A stretch of 64,000 nt of DNA from a bacterium (GCA_024226515.1 JAAELQ010000057.1:12723-76722), one strand, 5' to 3'. Shown: positions 8,328-17,542, counted from the stretch's first letter. A program made the numbers and translations. The notes: generated from the sequence alone by a model not told the origin.

Positions 8328-11300
8328 TCAGTCGTCGTAGCGCCGTCGTTGCCGGCTGAACCTCGAGTACGCGATCGGTACGACGACCATGTTCAACGCG
8401 GTCGCCGAGAGCAGTCCGAACAGCATGACGATCGCCATCGGCGCCTCCAGTTCCGCACCGGGGTGCGAGCCCGCCAGCGCCAGCGGCACGAGGGCCAGTC
8501 CGGCCGAGAGCGCCGTCATCAGGATCGGTACCACACGCTCGCGGGCGCCGCGCACGACGGCATCTCCGAACGATCGAACGTTCTCTTCCTCCAGCAGGTG
8601 ACGGATGTGCGAGATCATCATGATGCCGTTGCGCGTCGCGACGCCGAACAGCGCGATGAAACCGATGATCGACGCGACCGATAGCACGCCGCCCGAGACG
8701 AACACCCCGACGGCCCCGCCGATCAGTGCCAGCGGCAGGTTGAGCATCACGATCACGGCATCCCCCAGCGAGCGGAACGCGGCCCACAGCAGGACCAGGA
8801 TCCCGAGCACGACGGTCAGGCCGAGCCAGACCAGCCGGCTCGACGCGGCGGCCTCGCTCTCGAACTGGCCGCCGTACTCGATCGCGTAACCGGCCGGAAG
8901 CGAGACCGATCCGGCGACCGCGGAGCGCAGCTCGTCCACGACGGAGCGCAGGTCGCGGCCCGCGACGTTGGCCGAAACGACGATCTTGCGCTGCCCGTTC
9001 TCGCGGCTGATGAAGTTCGGCCCCCGATCCTCGCGGATCCGCGCCACGGACTCGAGCGGGACGCGCGCCCCCGACGGCGTGTCGATGCGCGTGCGGCCGA
9101 TCGTGTCGAGGTCGGACTGGACCTCCTCGGGATAGCGCACGACGAGCGGGACCGAGACCTGGCCCTCGAAGATCCGACCGACCTCGCGTCCGACGAAGGC
9201 CGTCCGCATCGCCTGCGCCGCGGCGCCCGCGGGTTGGCCGTGTCGGGCCAGCGCCAGGTGGTCGAACTGCACGCGTACGGTCGGGATATCGGCCTGCGCC
9301 TCGACCGCCACATCGACCGCTCCGGGCACGGTATGCGCGGCCGACTCGACCTCGCGCGCCAGTCCGCGCAACACGTCGAGGTCCGGCCCGAAGATCTTCA
9401 CTGCGATCGCGGCCCGCGTGCCCGAGAGCATGTGATCGATGCGGTGCGAGATCGGTTGGCCGATCGTGATGTTCGTGCCCGGGACCAGCGAGAGCCGCTC
9501 GCGGATCTGTTCCAGCACTTCGTCCTTGCCGCGGCCGTTGAGGTCGAGGTTGACTTCGATCTCGCCGGCCTCGACACCTTGCAGGTGTTCGTCCAGCTCC
9601 GCGCGCCCGGTGCGACGCGCCGTCGCGGTGACCTCCGGGACGTCCAGCAGCAGCCGCTCGATCGCCGCCCCGAGCTTGTCCGACTCTTCGAGGCTCGTGC
9701 CGGGTTGCGTCACGGCGCTGATGGTGAGCGAGCCCTCGTTGAACTCCGGCAGGAACGCCCGCCCCATCCAGAAGAACGACGCGACCGCGGCCAGCAACAA
9801 CAACGCGGCCGTGGCGAGGAACAGCTTGCCGTGGCGCATGCACCACGTCAACTGGCGCTCGTACAGATTCTTGATGCCGCGGATCCAGCGCGGCTCGTGT
9901 CCGTCGCGGACCGCCTTCGAGCCCGGCAACAGCAGCGCGCACAGCGCCGGCGTCACCGTGAGCGCGACGAACAACGAGGCGAAGAGCGCGACGAGATAGG
10001 ACATCCCGAGCGGCCTCAGCAGCCGCCCCTCGACGCCGTGCAGAAAGAACAGCGGCATGAAGACGAGCCCGATCACGAGCGTGGCGAAGACGATCGAGCC
10101 GCGAATCTCGGCGCTTCCGCGATAGACGACCTCCAGCACCGGGCTGCGCTCGGCCTCGGGTCTCGCCGCGTTCTCGCGCAGCCGGCGGAAGACGTTCTCG
10201 ACGTCGATGATCGCGTCGTCGACGATCGAGCCCACGGCGATCGCCATGCCTCCCAGCGTCATGCTGTTGATCGTCGTCCCGGTCCACTTCATCGCCAGCA
10301 CGGCCGACAGCAACGAGAGCGGCATCGCGACCAGCGTGATCGACGCCGCGCGCAGGTTGGCGAGGAACAGGAACACGATCACCACGACCAGGATGCCCCC
10401 GTCGCGCAGCGCGCGTGTCAGGTTGTGGATCGCCGTTTCGATGAAGTCGGCCTGGCGGAAGATGTCGCGATGGATCGTCATTCCGGCGGGCAGCGACGAC
10501 TGCAGCTCGTCGATTGTCGCCTCGAGTCGTCGCGTCAGCTCCAGCGTGTTCGTCCCGGGTTGCTTCTGGATCCCGAGGATCACGCTGCGCCGTCCGTTGT
10601 ACGAGCCCTCGCCGCGGCGCAGGGCGGGGCCGACCGCGACCCGGCCCAGATCGCGCACCAGCACCGGGCGCCCGTCGCGAGAGGTCACGACGGTCTGGCC
10701 GACCTGTTCCACGGTCTCGGGTCGTCCGATGCCGAGGATCAGGTACTCCTGTCCGCCCGACACGCGAAAGCCGGCGGAGGTGTTGCGGTTGGCCTGCTCC
10801 AGCGCTGACTCGACCTCGCCGAGCGTCACGCGGTAGGCGTCGAGCCGGTCGGGAGTCAGCAACACCTGGTACTGCCGTTCCGCGCCGCCGATGGTCGTGA
10901 CCTGCGAGACGCCGGTGACGGCGAGGATTCTCCTCCGCAGGAAGGTGTCGGCCGTCGAGCGCAGCTCGAGCGTCGAGTGCTCGCCGGACTCGAGGGCGAG
11001 AAACAGGATCTCTCCCATGATCGAGGAGATCGGCGCCAGCACGGGCGGCTCGACCGTGTCGGGGAGCGAACCGGACACGAGCGTCAGCTTCTCGTTGACC
11101 GTCTGTCGCGCGTGGTGGATGTCCTCGCCCCAGTCGAACTCGACCCAGACGATCGTCGCACCCACGGCCGTCACCGATCGCACACGTCGCACTCCGGCCG
11201 CGCCGTTCAGCGCGGCCTCGATCGGGAACGTGACCAGCGCCTCCATCTCCTCGGGAGCCATCCCACCGCCTTCGGCGAGGATCGTAACGGTCGGCGCCGT

Positions 11301-11426
11301 CAGGTCCGGCAGGACGTCGACCGGAAGCTGCGCGGCCTGCCACCCGCCCCAGGCGAGCAGCGCCACCGCCAGCGAGAGGACGATCGGCTTGTTCTCGAGT
11401 GACCAGCGAATCAACGAATCGATCAT
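8328..11426 (-). CDS. CusA/CzcA-family heavy-metal efflux RND inner-membrane pump
   Basis: 1032 aa. The N-terminus MIDSLIRWSLENKPIVLSLAVALLAWGGWQAAQLPVDVLPDLTAPTVTILAEGGGMAPEEMEALVTFPIE is typical of HME-RND pumps. It is the last gene of an OMF-MFP-RND operon. Confidence 0.95.
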   Translation of the reverse strand: MIDSLIRWSLENKPIVLSLAVALLAWGGWQAAQLPVDVLPDLTAPTVTILAEGGGMAPEEMEALVTFPIEAALNGAAGVRRVRSVTAVGATIVWVEFDWGEDIHHARQTVNEKLTLVSGSLPDTVEPPVLAPISSIMGEILFLALESGEHSTLELRSTADTFLRRRILAVTGVSQVTTIGGAERQYQVLLTPDRLDAYRVTLGEVESALEQANRNTSAGFRVSGGQEYLILGIGRPETVEQVGQTVVTSRDGRPVLVRDLGRVAVGPALRRGEGSYNGRRSVILGIQKQPGTNTLELTRRLEATIDELQSSLPAGMTIHRDIFRQADFIETAIHNLTRALRDGGILVVVIVFLFLANLRAASITLVAMPLSLLSAVLAMKWTGTTINSMTLGGMAIAVGSIVDDAIIDVENVFRRLRENAARPEAERSPVLEVVYRGSAEIRGSIVFATLVIGLVFMPLFFLHGVEGRLLRPLGMSYLVALFASLFVALTVTPALCALLLPGSKAVRDGHEPRWIRGIKNLYERQLTWCMRHGKLFLATAALLLLAAVASFFWMGRAFLPEFNEGSLTISAVTQPGTSLEESDKLGAAIERLLLDVPEVTATARRTGRAELDEHLQGVEAGEIEVNLDLNGRGKDEVLEQIRERLSLVPGTNITIGQPISHRIDHMLSGTRAAIAVKIFGPDLDVLRGLAREVESAAHTVPGAVDVAVEAQADIPTVRVQFDHLALARHGQPAGAAAQAMRTAFVGREVGRIFEGQVSVPLVVRYPEEVQSDLDTIGRTRIDTPSGARVPLESVARIREDRGPNFISRENGQRKIVVSANVAGRDLRSVVDELRSAVAGSVSLPAGYAIEYGGQFESEAAASSRLVWLGLTVVLGILVLLWAAFRSLGDAVIVMLNLPLALIGGAVGVFVSGGVLSVASIIGFIALFGVATRNGIMMISHIRHLLEEENVRSFGDAVVRGARERVVPILMTALSAGLALVPLALAGSHPGAELEAPMAIVMLFGLLSATALNMVVVPIAYSRFSRQRRRYDD

Positions 11427-11435
11427 CGCCGCTCC

Positions 11436-12974
11436 TCAGTGCACGTGGCCGTGGGACGGCGTCTGGGTGGTCATCGAGGCGAGCCGCACGAGATACGCGC
11501 CGCGGCTCACGACGCGCTCCCCGGGTTCGACGCCGTCGGACAGGTGGACGTACCCCTCCGAGCGGTTGCCGATACGGACGACGCGTCGCTCGAACGATTC
11601 TCCGCCGGTCTGGACGAAGACGATCGAACGGCCGGCGTCGTCGACCAAGGCCGATTCCGGAACCACCGTCCCCGGCGACTCCTCTCCCAGTAGCAGGCGC
11701 AGAACGACACTGCGTCCGACCTGTAGCCGGGCCTCGCGATTGTCGAACGCGAAACGCACCTCCGTCGTGCGCGAGTGGGGGTCGACGACGCGACCGACGG
11801 AGACCGGGCGCGAGAGAGCAACCGGAGGTCGATCTCCGGCGATCAGCTCTCCGCCCTCGACCGCGGCCAGCTCGGAAGCACGCGACTCGGGAACCTCACC
11901 GACGACGTGGACGCGGTCCGGGTCGACGACGCGGACCAGCATCTCGTTCTCCTCGATGCTCGCACCGGGCGCGAAGCCCGCCTCGGCCACGACGCCGTCG
12001 AACGGAGCGCGCACGATCAGCGCGCCGCCTCCCGCGGCCGGCTCGCCCGTCGCGCTCAGCGCGTTGAAGCGGTTCCACCGCTCGCGCGCGGCCGCCAGCC
12101 GGGCTTCGGACGCCGCCAGCTCGGCGTGGGACTCGTCGAGCCGGCGTGCGGGGAGTGCACGCGCCTCCACGAGCCGTTCGACGCGATCGCGTTCGGCGAC
12201 GGCCAGCCGCTGCTCCTGCTCGGCCTCGACCAGGGCGGCGCGCAGCGCGGCGGCGTCGCGCAGCCCGTCCGACCGCGGGACGATGCGTGCCAGGATCTCG
12301 CCCTTGCGCACCGGCGCGCCCGGGACGGGGACGTCGGACGTCTGAGCGATCCGTCCCGGAACCGGCGCGGCGAGGATCGCCTCGCCCCCGATCCTCGGCC
12401 GTACGACGGCCGGCACGTCGAAGCTGGGCCGCATCGGGCGCACCTCGGCGGGGGTCGTCGCGAAGTCGAGCGTCCACTGCTGTTCCTTGAGGAACGAGAT
12501 CGTGTCGACCTCCTCCTCGGCGATGGCCGGGTACTCACCGGCGGGATGGACGATCACCCAACCCAGCTCGTGGCGGTCGTCGAGGTCGGGCGCCTCGACG
12601 CGCAGGCTCATCTCGTACGTGCCGGGCTCCTTCATCGCGAGGTCGACGCCGAAGATGCCGGGCCTCGATGCGCCGTCACGGAACTCGTAACCCACGCCCG
12701 CGTCGGAACGCAGCGTCACGACGACCTCGCCCTCGGAGAGGGGAGAGAAGTCGGAGAGCCTGGTGACGTGGATCGCCGTACGCCCGGTCTCGCCGGCCAT
12801 GAACACGGGATACTCCATGAACAGCTCGGTCTGCTCGGTGAAGCTCGTTACGGCGACCGTCGGTCGCTCCACGGCCGTCGCACCGGCATCGTCGTGGACG
12901 TGATCGTGCCGGTGGCAGGCCGCGAGGCCGCCCAGCGCGAGGGCGATCAGGATCGTGCAACTCGTCCACTTCAT
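11436..12974 (-). CDS. Efflux RND periplasmic adaptor (MFP, CzcB/CusB-like) lipoprotein with N-terminal His-rich stretch and an extra beta-rich domain
   Basis: Lipobox LGGLAAC is followed by HRHDHVHDD. Coiled-coil hairpin and barrel-sandwich regions are present (LRAALVEAEQEQRLAVAERDRVERL...). Its start overlaps the OMF gene stop by 4 nt, and it ends 9 nt before the RND gene. Confidence 0.9.
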   Translation of the reverse strand: MKWTSCTILIALALGGLAACHRHDHVHDDAGATAVERPTVAVTSFTEQTELFMEYPVFMAGETGRTAIHVTRLSDFSPLSEGEVVVTLRSDAGVGYEFRDGASRPGIFGVDLAMKEPGTYEMSLRVEAPDLDDRHELGWVIVHPAGEYPAIAEEEVDTISFLKEQQWTLDFATTPAEVRPMRPSFDVPAVVRPRIGGEAILAAPVPGRIAQTSDVPVPGAPVRKGEILARIVPRSDGLRDAAALRAALVEAEQEQRLAVAERDRVERLVEARALPARRLDESHAELAASEARLAAARERWNRFNALSATGEPAAGGGALIVRAPFDGVVAEAGFAPGASIEENEMLVRVVDPDRVHVVGEVPESRASELAAVEGGELIAGDRPPVALSRPVSVGRVVDPHSRTTEVRFAFDNREARLQVGRSVVLRLLLGEESPGTVVPESALVDDAGRSIVFVQTGGESFERRVVRIGNRSEGYVHLSDGVEPGERVVSRGAYLVRLASMTTQTPSHGHVH

Positions 12975-14206
12975 GGATTCACCTCCTGTCCGATGGCGCG
13001 ATCGCGATCGAGCGCGGCGCGGCGGGCGGCGTAGGCCACGTCGACAACTCGTAGCTCCGTCGTCAGCGACGAGCGGTAAGCGTCGAGCAGCTCCAGGATC
13101 CCGGCCTCGCCCTCGTCGTAGGCCAGCTCCGCGATGTTTCTCAACTCGGCCGCTCGCGACTCCACCTCGTGGCCGAGCCGCTCCGCGGCGCGGCGCGAGA
13201 CCTGCTCGCGCGCCAGCGCGGCGAGCACGTCGGCGCGAATCTCGCGCTCGAGACGCAGCACCTCGAGCTCGATGCGTTCCAGCGTCGCCGTGGCCCGTGC
13301 GGTCTCGACCTGTCCGCGATCGAACAGCGGCAGGGGAACGGTCAGCGCGGCGACGAAGCCCGAGTCCTCGACGCCCGGGGCCTCCGTGCGCTTCCAGCCC
13401 GCCGACAACGTCGGCTCGGGGAATCTCCGGCGCTGCGCCGAGCGCCGCTCGAGATCGGCGTGCCGGGCTCGCGCGCGGAGCGCCATGACGTCGCCGCGCT
13501 GGGCCAGCGCGACCGCGATCGCCGGTTCGGCTTGCGGAATCTCGCCGGTCGGCTCCAGGTCGCCGACCAGCCGCGCCGACTCCATTTCCAGCTGCGGGTC
13601 GAAGAACGCGCCGAAGCGGGCCCGCGCGACCGCCAGAGCCGCGGCGGCAGCGGAGATGTCGATCTCGATCGCCGCGAGCTCCTGCTCGGCGCGCAGGAGA
13701 TCGTAGCCGGAGCCCTCACCCTCACGCTCGCGTGCGGACAGGATGCCCACGACGCGGCGCAGCCGCTCCGCGCTTTCCCGTTGCTTCGCGGAGACCCGCT
13801 CGCGATACAGGACCTCGAAGAACGTCTCGCGCAGCTCGGCGACCGTGAGGCGAAGATCCCGCTCGGCGGCGAGACCCGCCGCCGACGCGGCCGCATCCGC
13901 CCCATCACGCGCGAGGCCGCGGCGCCCCGTGATCGGCAACGCCTGCTCGACGGCCAGGAACTCGTCTCGCGTTCCCGCCGCCTCTTCGACCGAATAGGAC
14001 AGCTCCGGGTTCGAGACGGGCGTCTCCAACCGCGACTCCGCGCTCGCCGCGCGTAGGACCGCGGGGGCGAGGCGAGCGTCGGGGCTCTGTTCCAGGAACA
14101 GTCGAAACGCTTCCGCTTCGGTCACGGAGCGGGCCGAGGCCGCAGCTCCGATCGGAAGCAGGAGAAACAGGATTATGGCCACGACGGGCCGCACGGACGG
14201 GGCCAT
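12971..14206 (-). CDS. TolC-family outer-membrane efflux factor (CzcC/CusC-like)
   Basis: 411 aa with signal peptide MAPSVRPVVAIILFLLLPIGAAASA. It has two repeated helical halves rich in Leu/Ala/Arg/Glu, typical of OEP proteins. GAGGAG lies 7 nt upstream of the ATG. It is first in the CBA gene order. Confidence 0.85.
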   Translation of the reverse strand: MAPSVRPVVAIILFLLLPIGAAASARSVTEAEAFRLFLEQSPDARLAPAVLRAASAESRLETPVSNPELSYSVEEAAGTRDEFLAVEQALPITGRRGLARDGADAAASAAGLAAERDLRLTVAELRETFFEVLYRERVSAKQRESAERLRRVVGILSAREREGEGSGYDLLRAEQELAAIEIDISAAAAALAVARARFGAFFDPQLEMESARLVGDLEPTGEIPQAEPAIAVALAQRGDVMALRARARHADLERRSAQRRRFPEPTLSAGWKRTEAPGVEDSGFVAALTVPLPLFDRGQVETARATATLERIELEVLRLEREIRADVLAALAREQVSRRAAERLGHEVESRAAELRNIAELAYDEGEAGILELLDAYRSSLTTELRVVDVAYAARRAALDRDRAIGQEVNP

Positions 14207-14279
14207 GAGCGGACTCCTCTCGGTTCGTTCGAACGATGTCGAACTGTGGACTCGCGCGGATCGCGCGCGGGGCGAGAGG

Positions 14280-14687
14280 TCAGACGGGCGGGGCTCGGGA
14301 GGGGGTCGGACTTCTGCGTGCCGGGCTCTCGGGGGGCGGGGATGCGTCCCTCGCCTCGAGCCGGGTCGTCGGCGTCGGCTCGACGAGCGCGATCCGTACG
14401 GTCATCGCCGGGACGCGCGGTCCCGCCTGGGCGAGCACGCCGATCGCCCCGAGGCTGATCGTGGTGTCCGTGTGGTGATCGACGTGACACGCGGGCTCGG
14501 GCGCCGTGCCGTGCGGATGCGGATGATGTCGATCGTGGTGCGCGGCATCACCGAAATGCGCGTGGTCCAGGTGCAGGGTCTGCGTAGGATCGTGGTGCTC
14601 TGCGGCGGCATGCACGTGCGACAACCCGGCGAGCGAGCCGAAGACGAGGTAGAGGGCGCATCCGCCCAGAACGAGGAACCTACGCAT
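14280..14687 (-). CDS. Small His-rich putative periplasmic/membrane metal-binding protein leading the RND operon
   Basis: This is the in-frame ATG at 14687 within track ORF 14280..14807. The N-terminal hydrophobic segment is MRRFLVLGGCALYLVFGSLAGL. It is followed by 16 His in about 50 residues (SHVHAAAEHHDPTQTLHLDHAHFGDAAHHDRHHPHPHGTAPEPACHVDHH). There is no Shine-Dalgarno sequence, and a promoter-like element abuts the ATG. I do not recognise the family. Confidence 0.5.
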   Translation of the reverse strand: MRRFLVLGGCALYLVFGSLAGLSHVHAAAEHHDPTQTLHLDHAHFGDAAHHDRHHPHPHGTAPEPACHVDHHTDTTISLGAIGVLAQAGPRVPAMTVRIALVEPTPTTRLEARDASPPPESPARRSPTPSRAPPV

Positions 14688-14694
14688 CGTCTCG

Positions 14695-14722
14695 AATATA
14701 TAGGACGGCTTCGTCAACGCAA
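14695..14722 (-). promoter_or_regulatory. Sigma70-like promoter, probably giving a leaderless or very short-leader mRNA for the His-rich ORF and RND operon
   Basis: The minus strand reads TTGCGT (14722-14717), N16, TATATT (14700-14695), CGAGACG, ATG (14687). The same TATATTCG element sits before the analogous ORF at 57570. The AT-rich hexamer stands out in this GC-rich DNA. Confidence 0.35.
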
Positions 14723-14967
14723 AGTGATGGGCGAATACCCCTGAATCGGGCGTCGACTCCGGTGCGATCCACCTCTCGCGGGAACGATCCCGCGCGTGGA
14801 CGTCCAAGGCGCTGCCGGTCTCGTTCGCCGTCCACTGGACGGAAGCACTCGAGGCGGCAACCGTCAGACCCTGCCGATCGATCGTGCTGCATGTGATTGG
14901 GCAGACTAAGGCGGCGGACCGATCGCTGATCGAACCGCCGCCCGTCTCGAAGCCTGTCGACGAGCGA

Positions 14968-16362
14968 TCAGCTCGGGTCGATCACGACGATTTCGACGCG
15001 CCGGTTCTTGGCGCGGCCCTCGGGCGTGTCGTTCGGCGCGACCGGACGGTCGGGGCCGAAGCCCTGCGCCTGCATCTTGCCCGGCGTCACGCCCATCTCG
15101 CTGAGGAACTGCTTCACCGCCTCGGCGCGCTCGATCGACAGCTTGTGGTTGACCTCGGTGCTGCCGGTCGAATCGGTGTGACCCTCGACGGCCAGCTTCG
15201 CGCCGGGAGCGGCCAGCAGCAGACCGGACAGCTTCGCCAGGACGTACTTGGCGTCGGTGGTCAGGCTCGACTTGCCGGAGCCGAACGCAGTCCCGGTCAG
15301 CGAGACGACGTAGCCGCGGTCGGTCACGGCGCTGGACGCCATCCGGCCCATCGCGCCGGAGAGCTGCTTCGCCAACTCCTTGCGACTCGCGTCGAGCGCG
15401 GCGCGGTTCCGGTTCGTGCTCTGCAATTGCTGGCGCGTCTTCGCCAGGTCGGCCTGGGTGGTGGAGAGGCTGGTCTTGGTGCGGTCGAGCTCGCCCTTCG
15501 TGGCGGTCAACTGGGCCTCGAGCTCGCTCGCCTTGCCCGATAGCGCCTGACGCTGGGCCGTCGCCTCGGCCTCCTTCGCGGCACGCTCCTCGGCCTCGAT
15601 CATGCTCGCGGTCTTGCGCAGCGCTTGGCCGGAGAGCTCGACCGTGCGCTTCGACGCCTCGACCTGCTTGCCGCCCTTCAGCTCGCGCGTCTCGGTGATC
15701 GCGGCCATCGCCTTCTCGAAGCCCGGGGAGTCGTGTTTGGCGGCGTCGAAGCGTTCGAGCAGCTCGAACGCCTTCTCGGCCTGGATCAGCGAGAGCGGTC
15801 TCTTCTTGTTCGCTTTGTAGGTCATGCCCGCGATCGACTCGTTGTCGCGCGAGATCAAGCCCTCGCGGTCCGACAGACCGCCGAAGGTGAACGCGGTCAA
15901 CGTGATCTTCTTCGCCGCCGGCGTGCCGGAGAAGAAGACGACGAGATCGCCGGGGTTCCACACGCTGACGATCGGCTCGGCGGTCACCATCACGGCGAAG
16001 TCGCGCTTGGTCGTCGAGAAGGTGACGTCGCCCTTCTTCGACCCGTCGTTCGCGAGCGTGCCCAGGTTGTCGACCGTTCCGTCGGGACTGACGGCCCACG
16101 CGACGTAGGACACGATGTCACCGCCGAACAGCACGGCGGGTGTCAGGTTGTCATAGCTCATCTCGATCGTGGAGCGGCCGGCACGATGCTCGACCTCGCA
16201 CTCCAGCGTGGCGGCCGGCGCGCGCTGCGTGCCCGCGATGGGCACCTCGATCGACTTGCCGTCCGGGAAGACCACCGCGGTCAGGCCCATCTCGGCGGCC
16301 GAAGTGGCGCCTGCAGCGAGCAGCGCAACGACGATACACGACACAAACAGCTTTCGACTCAT
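14968..16362 (-). CDS. OmpA-family protein (N-terminal beta-rich domain, long coiled coil, C-terminal OmpA peptidoglycan-binding domain)
   Basis: The ATG at 16362 is preceded by AGGAGGAGAGG. Signal peptide is MSRKLFVSCIVVALLAAGATSAAE. The C-terminus LAVEGHTDSTGSTEVNHKLSIERAEAVKQFLSEMGV...GRAKNRRVEIVVI is an OmpA_C motif. The track start at 16587 adds a 75-aa non-signal extension and was not used. Confidence 0.85.
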   Translation of the reverse strand: MSRKLFVSCIVVALLAAGATSAAEMGLTAVVFPDGKSIEVPIAGTQRAPAATLECEVEHRAGRSTIEMSYDNLTPAVLFGGDIVSYVAWAVSPDGTVDNLGTLANDGSKKGDVTFSTTKRDFAVMVTAEPIVSVWNPGDLVVFFSGTPAAKKITLTAFTFGGLSDREGLISRDNESIAGMTYKANKKRPLSLIQAEKAFELLERFDAAKHDSPGFEKAMAAITETRELKGGKQVEASKRTVELSGQALRKTASMIEAEERAAKEAEATAQRQALSGKASELEAQLTATKGELDRTKTSLSTTQADLAKTRQQLQSTNRNRAALDASRKELAKQLSGAMGRMASSAVTDRGYVVSLTGTAFGSGKSSLTTDAKYVLAKLSGLLLAAPGAKLAVEGHTDSTGSTEVNHKLSIERAEAVKQFLSEMGVTPGKMQAQGFGPDRPVAPNDTPEGRAKNRRVEIVVIDPS

Positions 16363-16722
16363 AGTGCCTCTCCTCCTGTGTTTCGAGTCTGTGGAAGTCC
16401 CCGTTTCCCTGAGCCTCGCCGGTCGGGTTGACTCGTCCCGAGGTGACGTGCGAGACCCGTTGCAACGCGGGGGGGACGGGGCCGGGATGGTATCCAAACC
16501 GAACAGGGGACGCCAGATCACGCTCGAGACGCTCCGCGACCTCGGCATCGTGACCTCCGAACGCACCCGGGGGGCGATATCGCCCATCAGCGCCCGATGC
16601 CTCAGGGCGCGGACTCACTGCCTGAATCGCCTAATCGTCCAAAAAAGCCCTCAAAAACGACAGATTGTTCCGTGGGGCCGCTCCCGAGGTCCCGCGGCAC
16701 GATCTGGCATCGTCGTTGCTAT

Positions 16723-16754
16723 CTGCATATCTCCGATATTTCGAAGGTATGCAG
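16723..16754. promoter_or_regulatory. Candidate operator: overlapping inverted repeats just upstream of, and overlapping the RBS of, the ArsR-family gene
   Basis: CTGCATA (16723-16729) and TATGCAG (16748-16754) form 7-bp arms 18 bp apart. A second repeat, ATATC-TCC-GATAT, lies at 16727-16739. The AT-rich palindromes end 3 nt before the ATG at 16757. ArsR/SmtB repressors classically bind imperfect 12-2-12 repeats overlapping their own promoters. Confidence 0.3.
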
Positions 16755-16756
16755 GG

Positions 16757-17104
16757 ATGAAAGAGATTTACCGCTTCCACGCCGAGATCTGCCGCTCCAT
16801 CGCCAACCCCAAGCGGCTCGAGATTCTCGATCTGCTGCGCGACGGAGAGGTCAGCGTCAGTGCGTTGGCGGAGCGTATGGAGATCAACGCGACGAACGTT
16901 TCCCAACAGCTCGCCGTGCTGCGCTCGGCCGGCGTCGTGCAGAAGCGGATGAACGGCACGACCGCGTACTACCGCCTGATGGACGACCGCGTCCTGAAGG
17001 CCTACGACCTGATGACGCAGGTGATGGAAGAGCAACTGGCGCTTCGCTCGAAAGCTCTGGACCAGGACGGCACGCCGCGTCGAGCCGCGACGCGAGGAAA
17101 GTGA
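16757..17104 (+). CDS. ArsR/SmtB-family winged-helix transcriptional regulator
   Basis: MKEIYRFHAEICRSIANPKRLEILDLLRDGEVSVSALAERMEINATNVSQQLAVLRSAGVVQKR is a typical HTH_5 core. The ELCVCDL metalloid site is replaced by GEVSVSAL. There is a single Cys at position 12. Confidence 0.9.
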   Translation: MKEIYRFHAEICRSIANPKRLEILDLLRDGEVSVSALAERMEINATNVSQQLAVLRSAGVVQKRMNGTTAYYRLMDDRVLKAYDLMTQVMEEQLALRSKALDQDGTPRRAATRGK

Positions 17105-17112
17105 GAAGAGAG

Positions 17113-17526
17113 ATGGAGATGCGCATCGGATTCCCGGGAGGGGAGAGAGTCGAGGCCGAGTACGGGAGCTTCACCATCCGCACCGACCAGCCGGCCCACA
17201 AGGGCGGCGAGGGTACGGCGCCGGCTCCGTTCGACTACTTCCTGGCGTCGATCGGGACGTGCGCCGGCTTCTACGTGCACAAGTTTCTCCGGCAGCGTGA
17301 CCTGCCCACGCAGGGCGTGCACGTCGTCCTGCGCACGACGAAGGACACCGAGCGCCGCATGATCGAGCAGATCGATCTCGACATCGTCGTGCCCGACGAC
17401 TTTCCGGAGAAGTACGAGAAGGCGATCGTACGTGCCGTCGACCAGTGCACGGTCAAACGCCACATCCTCACCCCGCCGCGCTTCAGCACGACCGTGAACC
17501 GCCCGGCGCGACAGATTGCTTCCTGA
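17113..17526 (+). CDS. OsmC/Ohr-family protein
   Basis: MEMRIGFPGG...KGGEGTAPAPFDYFLASIGTCAGFYV...AVDQCTVKRH carries the two conserved OsmC cysteines. A GTG at 17101 (GTGA overlap with the ArsR stop) is an alternative start. Confidence 0.85.
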   Translation: MEMRIGFPGGERVEAEYGSFTIRTDQPAHKGGEGTAPAPFDYFLASIGTCAGFYVHKFLRQRDLPTQGVHVVLRTTKDTERRMIEQIDLDIVVPDDFPEKYEKAIVRAVDQCTVKRHILTPPRFSTTVNRPARQIAS

Positions 17527-17542
17527 GGGACAGGAGCCTCGC

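Noticed and set aside
8299-11343. 1014-aa minus-strand ORF in an alternate frame of the RND pump gene, plus plus-strand ORFs 9234..10808 and 10891..12345
   Set aside because: The 8328..11426 frame gives an unmistakable CzcA/CusA sequence. The alternate frames are low-complexity Arg/Gly/Pro/Ala strings.
16169-16756. Long 5' extensions of the ArsR (16169) and OsmC (16597) track ORFs; also 22023..22352 (rhodanese), 25739..26407 (NIF-Nudix), 14688..14807, 16363..16587, 26243..26362, 47062..47193
   Set aside because: The extensions overlap neighbouring genes or intergenic promoters and have no homology-like features. Internal starts with RBS or overlap coupling give the family-typical N-termini.
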